Shown here in pieces: positions 9,383 to 18,290 of a DNA stretch of 63,848 nt (position 1 is the first letter of the stretch; the number at the start of each line of letters is the position of its first letter). The notes below the pieces were generated by a model. The model saw only the letters and a list, made by a program, of their open reading frames with translations. It was not told the DNA's origin and made no database searches. Made by a program: the position numbers and the translations under genes. This DNA comes from an uncultured Clostridia bacterium (GTDB taxonomy: Bacteria > Bacillota > Clostridia > Lachnospirales > CAG-274): NCBI GenBank assembly GCA_944384215.1, contig CALWSN010000034.1, forward strand, positions 1-63,848, written 5' to 3'.

Positions 9383-11698
9383 ATGGATATACAAAATTTT
9401 AATATAGCTAATCTAAATTGTGCTCATTGTGCTAGCCTTATAGAAGATGAAGTTAATAAACTTGATATTGTAGAAAATGCAAATTTAAATTTTATAAACA
9501 AAACATTAAAAATAAAATTTAAAAATAATGTAAATATAGAAAACGAAATATATAGTATACAAAGTATTATAGATAAAATAGAACCTGGCGTTAAAATATC
9601 TCCTATTGATATATCATCTATAAAACTTAGCTTATCTGGTTTAAACTGTGCTCATTGTGCTAGTCTTATAGAAGATGAGGTTAATAAACTTAGTATTGTT
9701 AGCTCTACCTCATTAAACTTTATAGATAAAACTCTTAAAATAGAATTTTTTAATAATATTAATATAGATGAACAATTAGAAAATATAAAAAAAATTATAG
9801 ATAAAATAGAACCTGGCTTAAAAATAGATATTATATCTAAAAATACAAATAACTTAGAAAATATAGAACAAAAAGAAAATAATAATTTAGAAAAATTTAA
9901 GCTTATAAAAATATTACTAGGTGCTAGCATTTTTGTTATAGCCAAACTTTCTGGCTTAACATTAGCTTATGCTATATCATATATTTTACTTGGGTATGAT
10001 GTAATATTTAAAGCCTTAAAAAACATATCAAAAGGTAAAATATTTGATGAAAACTTTTTAATGGCTCTTGCTACTGTTGGTGCTATAATTATTGGTGAAT
10101 ACCCTGAAGCAGTAGCTGTTATGCTATTTTATCAAATAGGCGAATATTTTCAAGAAAAAGCCGTTGGTAGCTCAAGAAAAGCTATTAAATCTTTGGTTAA
10201 TATAAAAGCTGAATATGCAACAAGAGAAAATGGTGAAAAAGTTGCTCCAGAAGAAATAGCTATAAATGATATAATAATAGTTAAACCAGGTGAAAAGGTT
10301 CCTCTTGATGGTATAATAATAGATGGTAGCTCTTTTTTAGATATGAGTGCTTTAATAGGCGAATCTGTACCTAGAAAAGTTTCTACTGGTGATGAAATAT
10401 TAAGTGGTAGTATAAATAATAATAGTGTTTTAAAATTAAAAGTTACTAAAGAATATAAAAACTCTACTGTTTCTAAAATACTAGATTTAGTAGAAAATTC
10501 TTCTACTAAAAAATCTAAAACTGAAAGTTTTATAAGCAAATTTGCTAAAATATATACTCCTATAATAGTAATTTCTGCATTGTTTTTAGCTATTATACCT
10601 CCCCTATTTACAGGGTATAATTTTGCTTATTGGATAGAAAAAAGTTTGGTATTTTTAGTTTCATCTTGCCCTTGTGCATTAGTTGTATCTGTTCCTTTAA
10701 GCTTTTTTAGTGGTATAGGCTCTGCTTCAAAAAGAGGTATATTAATAAAAGGTAGTGTATATATGCAAGATTTAAGTCTTGTAGATACAATAGTTTTTGA
10801 TAAAACAGGCACATTAACAAAAGGTGTTTTTGAAATAAGTAAAATACAAACTAATAATATTAGTGAAGATGAACTTTTAAATATAGCATATAATTTAGAA
10901 AATTTATCTATACACCCTGTTGCAAAATCTATTGTTAATTATTGTAAAAATAACTTATCAAATATTCAAAACTTTATTATTGAAGATTTTGAAGAAATAA
11001 GTGGGTATGGATTAAAAGCAAAAATAAATAAAGATGACATATTAATAGGTAATAAAAAACTATTAGAAAAATATAATATAAAATATGAACAATCTAATGA
11101 TAATGGAACATTAGTCTATATTGCCAAAAATAATAACTATATAGGTTATATAGTAGTATCTGATATTATAAAACCTGAAGCAGAAGATACTATTAAAAAC
11201 TTAAAACAACTAGGAATATCTAAAACAGTTATGCTTAGTGGAGATAGAAAAGAAGCTGCTGAATATGTTGCTAGTAGTATAGGCTTAGATGAAGTACATT
11301 ACGAACTATTACCTCAAGATAAAGTATCTAATTTTGAAAAAATTAAACAAAAAAGTTTAGATAAAAAAGTTGCTTTTGTTGGAGATGGTATTAATGATGC
11401 ACCTGTTTTAGCTATGGCAGATATAGGCATAGCTATGGGTGGAGTTGGGTCTGATGTTGCCATAGAAGCTGCTGATATAGTTATAATGAATGACGATTTA
11501 ACTAAAATTAAAGATGGTATTATAATTAGTAAAAATACAATTAATATAGTAAAATCTAATATAATTTTTTCTTTAGTAATAAAATTTAGTGTTTTAGCTC
11601 TTGCATTATTTGGTTATGCTACAATGTGGATAGCTGTTTTTGCAGATGTTGGTGTATCTGTTATAGCCATATTAAATGCTATGAGAAAAAAAATATAA
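9383..11698 (+). CDS. cadA: Heavy-metal (Cd/Zn/Pb) translocating P1B-type ATPase with two N-terminal HMA domains
   Basis: Two CAHC motifs, CPC, DKTGT, HP, GDGINDAP, GES; ATG 9383 behind AGGAG. Confidence 0.92.
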   Translation: MDIQNFNIANLNCAHCASLIEDEVNKLDIVENANLNFINKTLKIKFKNNVNIENEIYSIQSIIDKIEPGVKISPIDISSIKLSLSGLNCAHCASLIEDEVNKLSIVSSTSLNFIDKTLKIEFFNNINIDEQLENIKKIIDKIEPGLKIDIISKNTNNLENIEQKENNNLEKFKLIKILLGASIFVIAKLSGLTLAYAISYILLGYDVIFKALKNISKGKIFDENFLMALATVGAIIIGEYPEAVAVMLFYQIGEYFQEKAVGSSRKAIKSLVNIKAEYATRENGEKVAPEEIAINDIIIVKPGEKVPLDGIIIDGSSFLDMSALIGESVPRKVSTGDEILSGSINNNSVLKLKVTKEYKNSTVSKILDLVENSSTKKSKTESFISKFAKIYTPIIVISALFLAIIPPLFTGYNFAYWIEKSLVFLVSSCPCALVVSVPLSFFSGIGSASKRGILIKGSVYMQDLSLVDTIVFDKTGTLTKGVFEISKIQTNNISEDELLNIAYNLENLSIHPVAKSIVNYCKNNLSNIQNFIIEDFEEISGYGLKAKINKDDILIGNKKLLEKYNIKYEQSNDNGTLVYIAKNNNYIGYIVVSDIIKPEAEDTIKNLKQLGISKTVMLSGDRKEAAEYVASSIGLDEVHYELLPQDKVSNFEKIKQKSLDKKVAFVGDGINDAPVLAMADIGIAMGGVGSDVAIEAADIVIMNDDLTKIKDGIIISKNTINIVKSNIIFSLVIKFSVLALALFGYATMWIAVFADVGVSVIAILNAMRKKI
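9409..9820 (+). repeat. Intragenic tandem duplication of the HMA domain (228-bp offset)
   Basis: LNCAHCASLIEDEVNKL and IIDKIEPG each occur twice with near-identical DNA (first Cys codons at 9419 and 9647). Confidence 0.9.
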
Positions 11699-11737
11699 AA
11701 ATAGTTCCTCTTTAAAGAGGAACTATTTTTATATTTT
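11690..11737. terminator. Bidirectional terminator within a 48-bp perfect palindrome
   Basis: aaaatataaaaatagttcctcttt|aaagaggaactatttttatatttt, between convergent genes. Confidence 0.9.
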
Positions 11738-14700
11738 ATAATATTTTTCTAAAAATTCACAAACAGGTAAAGGTTTAGAATATAAATATCCTTGTACTAT
11801 ATCACAATTCATAGTGCGTAAAATATTCTCTTGTTCTATTGTTTCTACACCTTCTGCAGTTGTTTTTATATTTAGGTCTTTACACATACAAATTATATTC
11901 TTCATTATTATTTCATTTGTAATGTTGCTCCCTAAATTTTTAACCATAGTTTTATCTAATTTTAAACCATCAAATTCTATCTCTGACAATATTGTTAAAT
12001 TGCTATATTTAACACCAAAATCATCTAAAAGAATACTTATGCCCATACTTTCTATCTCTTTAAGTACGGTACATATAGCTTGCTTTTCTAAATCTCCTAT
12101 ACTTTCTGTAACTTCTATTTCTACATAGCTAGGGTCTACATCATATTTGTTTTTTATATCTAGTATTAATTTTATAATATCATCTTCTAGTAATGTTCTT
12201 CTAGAAAAGTTTAAAGATATAGGTATAAGAGGTTTATTTTGCTTTTTCCAACTTTGTAATAATTTTAAAACTTCTTCAAAAACAAATAAATCTATATACT
12301 GTATTAAATAATGATGTTCTAGTATAGGTATAAATTTATCTGGTGGTATATATCCACCTTCTGGATTTCTTTTTCTTATTAATGCTTCTGCACCAGATAG
12401 TGTATTATCTTGCAATGACATTTTAGGTTGTAAAAATATTTCATATTCTTTTGCCTCAATAGCTAACATTAGCTCTGATAATAAAGTATTTCTTTTATAA
12501 AGATTATTGTTATTAACCAATTGTCTATTTTTCTGACTTTCTGATTTTCTAAAATATATAGCTGAGTTTACAAGATGATTTAACTCTTTTTCATCACTAC
12601 TCCAAGCTTTACCATAAGTCATAGATAAACCTATTTTTTCTAAAGATTTAGATAAAGTTTCTATTTCTTCTAAAAATAATTCATATTTAATGTTTTTCAT
12701 TATAATTAAAAACTCATTACCATTTAATCTAAATATTGGCTTTTGATAAAATTGTATTTTTAGTATATCTGCTAAATTTAATAATATTTGGTCACCTGCT
12801 AATATACCTGCCGTGTGGTTAATATTATTAAGCTCATTTAAAGCTAAGCATAATACCCCTATATTTTTTATATTATCTGCATCATAAGCTTTTTCGTATT
12901 CTCTATAAGCATTTCTATTTAATACACCTGTTAAATTATCATAATTTTTTTCTATATTAAGTTCAGATTTTAATCTATTTTTTATAATTTCTTGACCTAT
13001 AAAATATGAAACATTGCTTGAATATTCATCTAATTTATCATAATAAACACTATCTTCAATGTCATTGTTTAAACACATTATATACCCAAAATTTTCATTA
13101 TTATTTATAATAGGCACAATTATCATATTTGATAAATGATATTTAGTCATTAAATTATATAGGTTATATGATACTGAGATAGCATCTTGTTCACCACTTA
13201 AATATTTAATTTTATTAATAGGTGATGGCATTAATTCATTTATTATAATTTCTTCTAACTTTAATTTAATTTCATTATTTAAATTATTATTTACAAGCAT
13301 ATATGAAGAAATATAATCATCTTTATTAGTTTCAAATACAAAGCCAAATTCAGACTTATAAAAAGTACACATTAACTCTAATATAAAACGAATATTATCT
13401 TCATAACTATATTTTTGAGATAGATGGGATATAGCTGATAATATAATTTTACTTATATCTTGGTTTACTTTAGAAGTTTGTATATCATCCATTAATGATA
13501 TACCTGTTGCTAATGTGAACATACACTTTTTATCATTAAATGAAACTAACTTATTTTTTATTAAGAAGTCTTTTTTTATAATTTTATTATATTGAGACCA
13601 TACAAAAAAATCTGAATAATTCCAAAATATACTTTTACAAAGATTACAAGGTCTCTGTCTATTATGTATAACCTTGTAGCATTCAATGCCTAAGCATTCT
13701 TCTTTTGTTTTATTTAAAATTCTAAAAAAGTTATCATTAGCATCTATTAATTTATAATCAAAAGCATCTATAATATATGCTATATTATCACCTTCATTTG
13801 ACATTACATCTTCAAGTTCTTTATAAGTTTTTATATTGTTATTTACGTTGTCTATTATAGTATTTCTTATTGGTGATTCTATAACTAACTTTTTATCACA
13901 AGAGCATATCTCATTCCAACATATAAGATTTTTTTTGTTAGAATTCTTTAATTCATACAAAGCTTTTTCACAACAATTGTATAAATTAGTATAAGTTGTT
14001 TTTTTAGAAATACAAGCACCTATACTACAAGATATATTTGCCTTTGAGAAATTTTTAAGCCTTATATATAAATGAGAAATTTTGTCCTCAATATCATTTT
14101 TTTCAGCATTTTTAGTAAATATAATAAATTTATCTCCATTAATTCTAGCTATAATACTATCTTCTTCAAATATATATTTTAATACATTAGATATATATAT
14201 TAATACCTCATCACCTAATATATTACCGCCTAAATAGTTTATGCTTTTAAAGTCATCTATATCTAATAAAAGCATACAAAACATATCATTTTCTTTAGAA
14301 ATTTTTAAAATATGGTCTATTTGTTCAATAAAATGTTTTTTCTTTAAAAACCCTGTTAAATCATCTATTTCTGATTCATATTTTAATACTATTTCTTCTC
14401 GTTTTTTACTATCTATATCTCTTAAATATAAAAGACCCAATATATCTTTTTTATAAGGTTCTTGAAATAAGCTTACTGTAAGCTCCATCCATCTAGTAGT
14501 ATCTTTATCAATAATTCTTCTAAACTCACATTTAATAATATTATTTCCTTTGTTATATGCATCTAAAAGGTTTTTAGGTTCTAACACACCTGAATATTTG
14601 TTTCTATCTTCTGGATGAATCACTTTAAAAATATTTTTTTCTATTATTTCTGATATAGTCATCTCTTCTATTACATTATTATAAACACTCCATATACCAC

Positions 14701-15580
14701 CTGTATATAAAAATTTATTATTTGTAATATTAGCTTCACCATAAGCAGACATTTCTTTTAATATAGCCTTATAAAATCTAGATTCTATAACATAAGCTGT
14801 TTCCATTTCTTTTAAGGTATTGATATTTTCTAATGTACCAATAACTACATTTGATATATCTGATGACATATCTTCTTTAGACAAAGTCATTCTAAACCAA
14901 GTATACTCTCCATTTTTATTTTTCATTTTTAATTCGCATGCTGATTTTTTGCTTCCATTATTAATTCTATCAAAAGTATCTAAATATATTTCTTTAAAAA
15001 ATTCGTGAACATTACCATTATCAATCCAAACTTGAGGGAAATTTTCAACATTTGCCTCATCTTTATATAACTGACTATAATGTGTATGTATATAAGCTGT
15101 GCTACTGTCTTGATACCATTCAAAAATTTCATTTTCTGTTTTAGATAAAATAACTTTCATTTGATGTAAATCATTTATGTTTTGATGATACCCTTTTATT
15201 GTAATAATACCATTATCAGTAGAAATAAGTTTACCTGAGCATCTAACTATTATATCACCTAATTTAGGGTGCCTCCAAGGATATTGTATTTCTATTGATT
15301 GGTTTGTTGTGCAAATTTTTTCTATAGCTTTTTCTACATAAGAATAATACCCTTTATGTATTCTAGAATACCAAAACTCAAAACATTTTTCTGGTGAAAA
15401 ATAGTCTGTTGCATCAAGTAGCCCTAACATTGTATCATTGCAATACATTCTATTTATGCCTGTATTATTATCTATTTCAATACTCCATAAACCTATTTTA
15501 CTGCTATCTAATATATCTATAAAGTTAATCCAGCTAAAAGGTTTATTTTCTTTATTATGCTCCATACAATCTCTCCTCAA
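11729..15580 (-). CDS. Multi-domain PAS/GAF-GGDEF-EAL protein, probable c-di-GMP phosphodiesterase (start may be ATG 15565)
   Basis: Two degenerate GGDEF domains (RINGDKF, RLNGNEF); intact EAL motifs EALIR, EVTE, DDFG, KLDK, EGVE, QGY. Confidence 0.88.
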   Translation of the reverse strand: MRRDCMEHNKENKPFSWINFIDILDSSKIGLWSIEIDNNTGINRMYCNDTMLGLLDATDYFSPEKCFEFWYSRIHKGYYSYVEKAIEKICTTNQSIEIQYPWRHPKLGDIIVRCSGKLISTDNGIITIKGYHQNINDLHQMKVILSKTENEIFEWYQDSSTAYIHTHYSQLYKDEANVENFPQVWIDNGNVHEFFKEIYLDTFDRINNGSKKSACELKMKNKNGEYTWFRMTLSKEDMSSDISNVVIGTLENINTLKEMETAYVIESRFYKAILKEMSAYGEANITNNKFLYTGGIWSVYNNVIEEMTISEIIEKNIFKVIHPEDRNKYSGVLEPKNLLDAYNKGNNIIKCEFRRIIDKDTTRWMELTVSLFQEPYKKDILGLLYLRDIDSKKREEIVLKYESEIDDLTGFLKKKHFIEQIDHILKISKENDMFCMLLLDIDDFKSINYLGGNILGDEVLIYISNVLKYIFEEDSIIARINGDKFIIFTKNAEKNDIEDKISHLYIRLKNFSKANISCSIGACISKKTTYTNLYNCCEKALYELKNSNKKNLICWNEICSCDKKLVIESPIRNTIIDNVNNNIKTYKELEDVMSNEGDNIAYIIDAFDYKLIDANDNFFRILNKTKEECLGIECYKVIHNRQRPCNLCKSIFWNYSDFFVWSQYNKIIKKDFLIKNKLVSFNDKKCMFTLATGISLMDDIQTSKVNQDISKIILSAISHLSQKYSYEDNIRFILELMCTFYKSEFGFVFETNKDDYISSYMLVNNNLNNEIKLKLEEIIINELMPSPINKIKYLSGEQDAISVSYNLYNLMTKYHLSNMIIVPIINNNENFGYIMCLNNDIEDSVYYDKLDEYSSNVSYFIGQEIIKNRLKSELNIEKNYDNLTGVLNRNAYREYEKAYDADNIKNIGVLCLALNELNNINHTAGILAGDQILLNLADILKIQFYQKPIFRLNGNEFLIIMKNIKYELFLEEIETLSKSLEKIGLSMTYGKAWSSDEKELNHLVNSAIYFRKSESQKNRQLVNNNNLYKRNTLLSELMLAIEAKEYEIFLQPKMSLQDNTLSGAEALIRKRNPEGGYIPPDKFIPILEHHYLIQYIDLFVFEEVLKLLQSWKKQNKPLIPISLNFSRRTLLEDDIIKLILDIKNKYDVDPSYVEIEVTESIGDLEKQAICTVLKEIESMGISILLDDFGVKYSNLTILSEIEFDGLKLDKTMVKNLGSNITNEIIMKNIICMCKDLNIKTTAEGVETIEQENILRTMNCDIVQGYLYSKPLPVCEFLEKYYKI

Positions 15581-15597
15581 GATTTAAATATAAGATT

Positions 15598-16398
15598 TTA
15601 TTTATTTAGTAAAATATCTTTTTTAATAGTATTTTCTATTGCTTCAACTATTATTTGCTGAAAACTATTCTTTTCTAATGTGCAAATTCCCTCAATAGTT
15701 GTACCTCCTGGAGAACAAACATTGTCTATAAGTTCCCAAGGGTGCTTGTTACTTTTCTTTAGCATATTAGCACTACCAATAGTCACATCTATGGCTATTT
15801 GTATAGCTTCTTTTTTATTAAGACCCATTTTTTGAGCACCTTTTGCTATGGAGTCTAAAAATAGATATATATACGCTGGGCTACAACCAGCTATTGCAGT
15901 AAATATACTAAATTTCTCTTCTGGCATATAAAAAACCGAACCTATATTTTCAAGCAAGGTTACAATCTTTTTAATATCTTCATCTTTTACATTTTTATAA
16001 CAGTAAGCAGATGTTGATAAACATATCTCTGCATTAATATTTGGCATAACTCTAACTATACCTAAACTTTTATTATCTAACTTACTATATATATTATTTA
16101 TAGATATTCCAGCAGCAATAGAAATAATTATAGGATTATATTTTTGTAAGTATAAATTTATATCTTCTAATAGTTTAACAAAAATATCTGGTTTAACGGC
16201 AACTATTAAATAGTCAACATTTTTAATTAACTGTTCATAATTATCACATACATTTAAAGAAAACATTTTTTTAAATTCTTCAACTTTATTAAAATTAATA
16301 TCGTATATAAATATATTTTTGGCATCTAAACCATTGGATAAAAACCCCTTTAATATAGAGCCTCCCATATTACCTATACCTAAAAATCCTATATTCAT
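15598..16398 (-). CDS. proC: Pyrroline-5-carboxylate reductase
   Basis: GFLGIGNMG, AVKP, SIAAG, RVMPN, GCSPAY, VCSPGGTTIEG. Confidence 0.95.
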   Translation of the reverse strand: MNIGFLGIGNMGGSILKGFLSNGLDAKNIFIYDINFNKVEEFKKMFSLNVCDNYEQLIKNVDYLIVAVKPDIFVKLLEDINLYLQKYNPIIISIAAGISINNIYSKLDNKSLGIVRVMPNINAEICLSTSAYCYKNVKDEDIKKIVTLLENIGSVFYMPEEKFSIFTAIAGCSPAYIYLFLDSIAKGAQKMGLNKKEAIQIAIDVTIGSANMLKKSNKHPWELIDNVCSPGGTTIEGICTLEKNSFQQIIVEAIENTIKKDILLNK

Positions 16399-16488
16399 TT
16401 TATCACCAACTTACTTTTAATATTCTATTTATAATATTATACATAAAATTTTATAATAAGTCAATTTCATACATAAATTAAATTTAGT

Positions 16489-16728
16489 TTATATATGTTC
16501 ATATAAGTTTGTGGCTTCTTCTTTTTTAATAACTTCTTTAACATCTGTAACTTTTATTTTTATAGAATTATTGCCTAAATTTACTTGTATAATATCACCA
16601 ATTTTAACATCTAAAGATGCCTTAGCTACTTTATCATTTACTAAAACTCTTCCTGCATCACAAGCTTCATTAGCAATAGTTCTTCTTTTTATTATTCTAG
16701 CTACTTTTAAATATTTATCTAATCTCAT
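16489..16728 (-). CDS. yabO: S4-domain RNA-binding protein (YabO/RqcP, Hsp15-like)
   Basis: MRLDKYLKVARIIKRRTIANEACDAGRV; follows hup as in other Clostridia. Confidence 0.9.
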   Translation of the reverse strand: MRLDKYLKVARIIKRRTIANEACDAGRVLVNDKVAKASLDVKIGDIIQVNLGNNSIKIKVTDVKEVIKKEEATNLYEHI

Positions 16729-16748
16729 AATAATATCTCCTTATTGTA

Positions 16749-16806
16749 ATACTTATAAAATAAAATCTCTCTTAATTTGTAAAGAGAGATTTTATTTTAT
16801 AAGTAT
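16749..16806 (-). terminator. Intrinsic terminator after hup (25-bp arms)
   Basis: atacttataaaataaaatctctctt-N8-aagagagattttattttataagtat. Confidence 0.82.
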
Positions 16807-16807
16807 A

Positions 16808-17086
16808 TTATTTTTTATTAACAGCATCTTTTAATGCTTTACCAGCTTTAAATCTAGGTGCAGTAGATGCGGGTATTTTCATAGGTTCTTTAGTTTGAGG
16901 ATTTCTTCCCATATGTTCTGCTCTTTCTATAACATCAAAAGTACCAAAACCAACTAATCTAATTTCACCTTTATTTGAGAGTTCTTCTTTTACAACATCT
17001 TCAAAAGCTTTTAAAGCTTTTTCAGCATCTTTTTTTGTTAATTCTGCTTTTTCAGCAATAGCTGATATTAATTCTGCTTTGTTCAT
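16808..17086 (-). CDS. hup: DNA-binding protein HU
   Basis: MNKAELISAIA, GFGTF, GRNPQT, PRFKAGKALKDAV; start ATG 17086 behind GAGGAGG. Confidence 0.97.
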   Translation of the reverse strand: MNKAELISAIAEKAELTKKDAEKALKAFEDVVKEELSNKGEIRLVGFGTFDVIERAEHMGRNPQTKEPMKIPASTAPRFKAGKALKDAVNKK

Positions 17087-17268
17087 CTTAACAAGCCTCC
17101 TCAATAATTAAATATTAATACATTAAAATGTACCTCTATCTATTTATAACCGTTAAATAGCATTTTGTCAAGGATATTTTCATATTTTTAGTAATTTTTT
17201 AATATATTTAATATTTTTTAAATATTTAATATTTTTTAAATATTTTAATAAAAATACAAATAGATTTA

Positions 17269-17781
17269 TTATTTACCACTACTACCTAACTTACCTTCAC
17301 CTCGTTTAGATGGTATTTTCAAAACATCTTCATATGATATTTCACATCGTTCTAATTCATTATGAACACAATGTACTACACCTTGAAACAAAGCTTTTTC
17401 ATAAGGATAGATAACATATCCATTTTTTATTATACTTTTAATAGGCTCGTCTAAGCTATCTATATCTATTTTAGTAATTAATAAAGGCTTTTGATTAGTA
17501 TTGGTTGTAGCTAAAAACCACTCACCTCTATAAGAGCTATCTATAACACCAGCACTATATTTTATACCCTTACTACCACTAGAGCCTCTTTCATGTATTT
17601 GTATGTAATAGTTAAGAGGTATAGCACTAGCTATACCTGTTGGCACAAGCTTAGTTTCATTAGGTTCTATTATCATATAGTCTTCATCAAAACAAGGATA
17701 TATATCAACCCCAGCATTATATTCTTCTCTTGTTGGTATAATAGCATCTTCTCTAATTTTTGCAAAATAAATTTTATCCAT
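17269..17781 (-). CDS. dut: dUTPase (trimeric family)
   Basis: AGVD, VPTGI, ERGSSG, GVIDSSYRGE, RGEGKLGSSG. Confidence 0.92.
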   Translation of the reverse strand: MDKIYFAKIREDAIIPTREEYNAGVDIYPCFDEDYMIIEPNETKLVPTGIASAIPLNYYIQIHERGSSGSKGIKYSAGVIDSSYRGEWFLATTNTNQKPLLITKIDIDSLDEPIKSIIKNGYVIYPYEKALFQGVVHCVHNELERCEISYEDVLKIPSKRGEGKLGSSGK

Positions 17782-17790
17782 TTTTTTCTC

Positions 17791-18279
17791 CTAACAATAA
17801 TATATTATCTTATCTTCTAACAATGTTTTCTTTACATCTATAACCCTTTGATTAGAAGAGCCTCTCCACTCTAGTTCTTCATTTGATAACTCTTCTATGT
17901 ATTTACCATCTACCAAAACATCTATATATTGTAAAACATCTAAATCATTTATTTCTTCCCAAGTATATCCTGTATATAACCAAATATCTTTATCTTTAAA
18001 TTTTTCTTTTATTTCTTTTATAAGATTAAATATTTCTTCTCTATTTTGTTTATGTAAAGGGTCTCCACCACTAAAAGTAATCCCCTTTATATAGTCTTTT
18101 TCTAAAGCATCAAATATTTCTTTTTTAGCTTTATCATCAAATATTAATCCGTTATCTATATCCCAAGTTATTTTATTATGACAATTATAACATCTATGCT
18201 CACAACCAGACACCCATAAAACAACTCTAAGCCCTGCTCCATTTAACATATCATCATGTGTTATATTGTGATATCTCAT
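17791..18279 (-). CDS. nrdG: Anaerobic ribonucleotide reductase activating protein (radical SAM)
   Basis: NGAGLRVVLWVSGC-x3-C-x2-C, FSGGDP, WRGSSNQR. Confidence 0.96.
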   Translation of the reverse strand: MRYHNITHDDMLNGAGLRVVLWVSGCEHRCYNCHNKITWDIDNGLIFDDKAKKEIFDALEKDYIKGITFSGGDPLHKQNREEIFNLIKEIKEKFKDKDIWLYTGYTWEEINDLDVLQYIDVLVDGKYIEELSNEELEWRGSSNQRVIDVKKTLLEDKIIYYC

Positions 18280-18290
18280 TTTTTTACCTC

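Noticed and set aside
17195-17250. 18-bp tandem repeat (atatttaatattttttaa x2.3) upstream of hup as a CRISPR/iteron
   Set aside because: A/T-only low complexity, no spacers, no cas or rep gene
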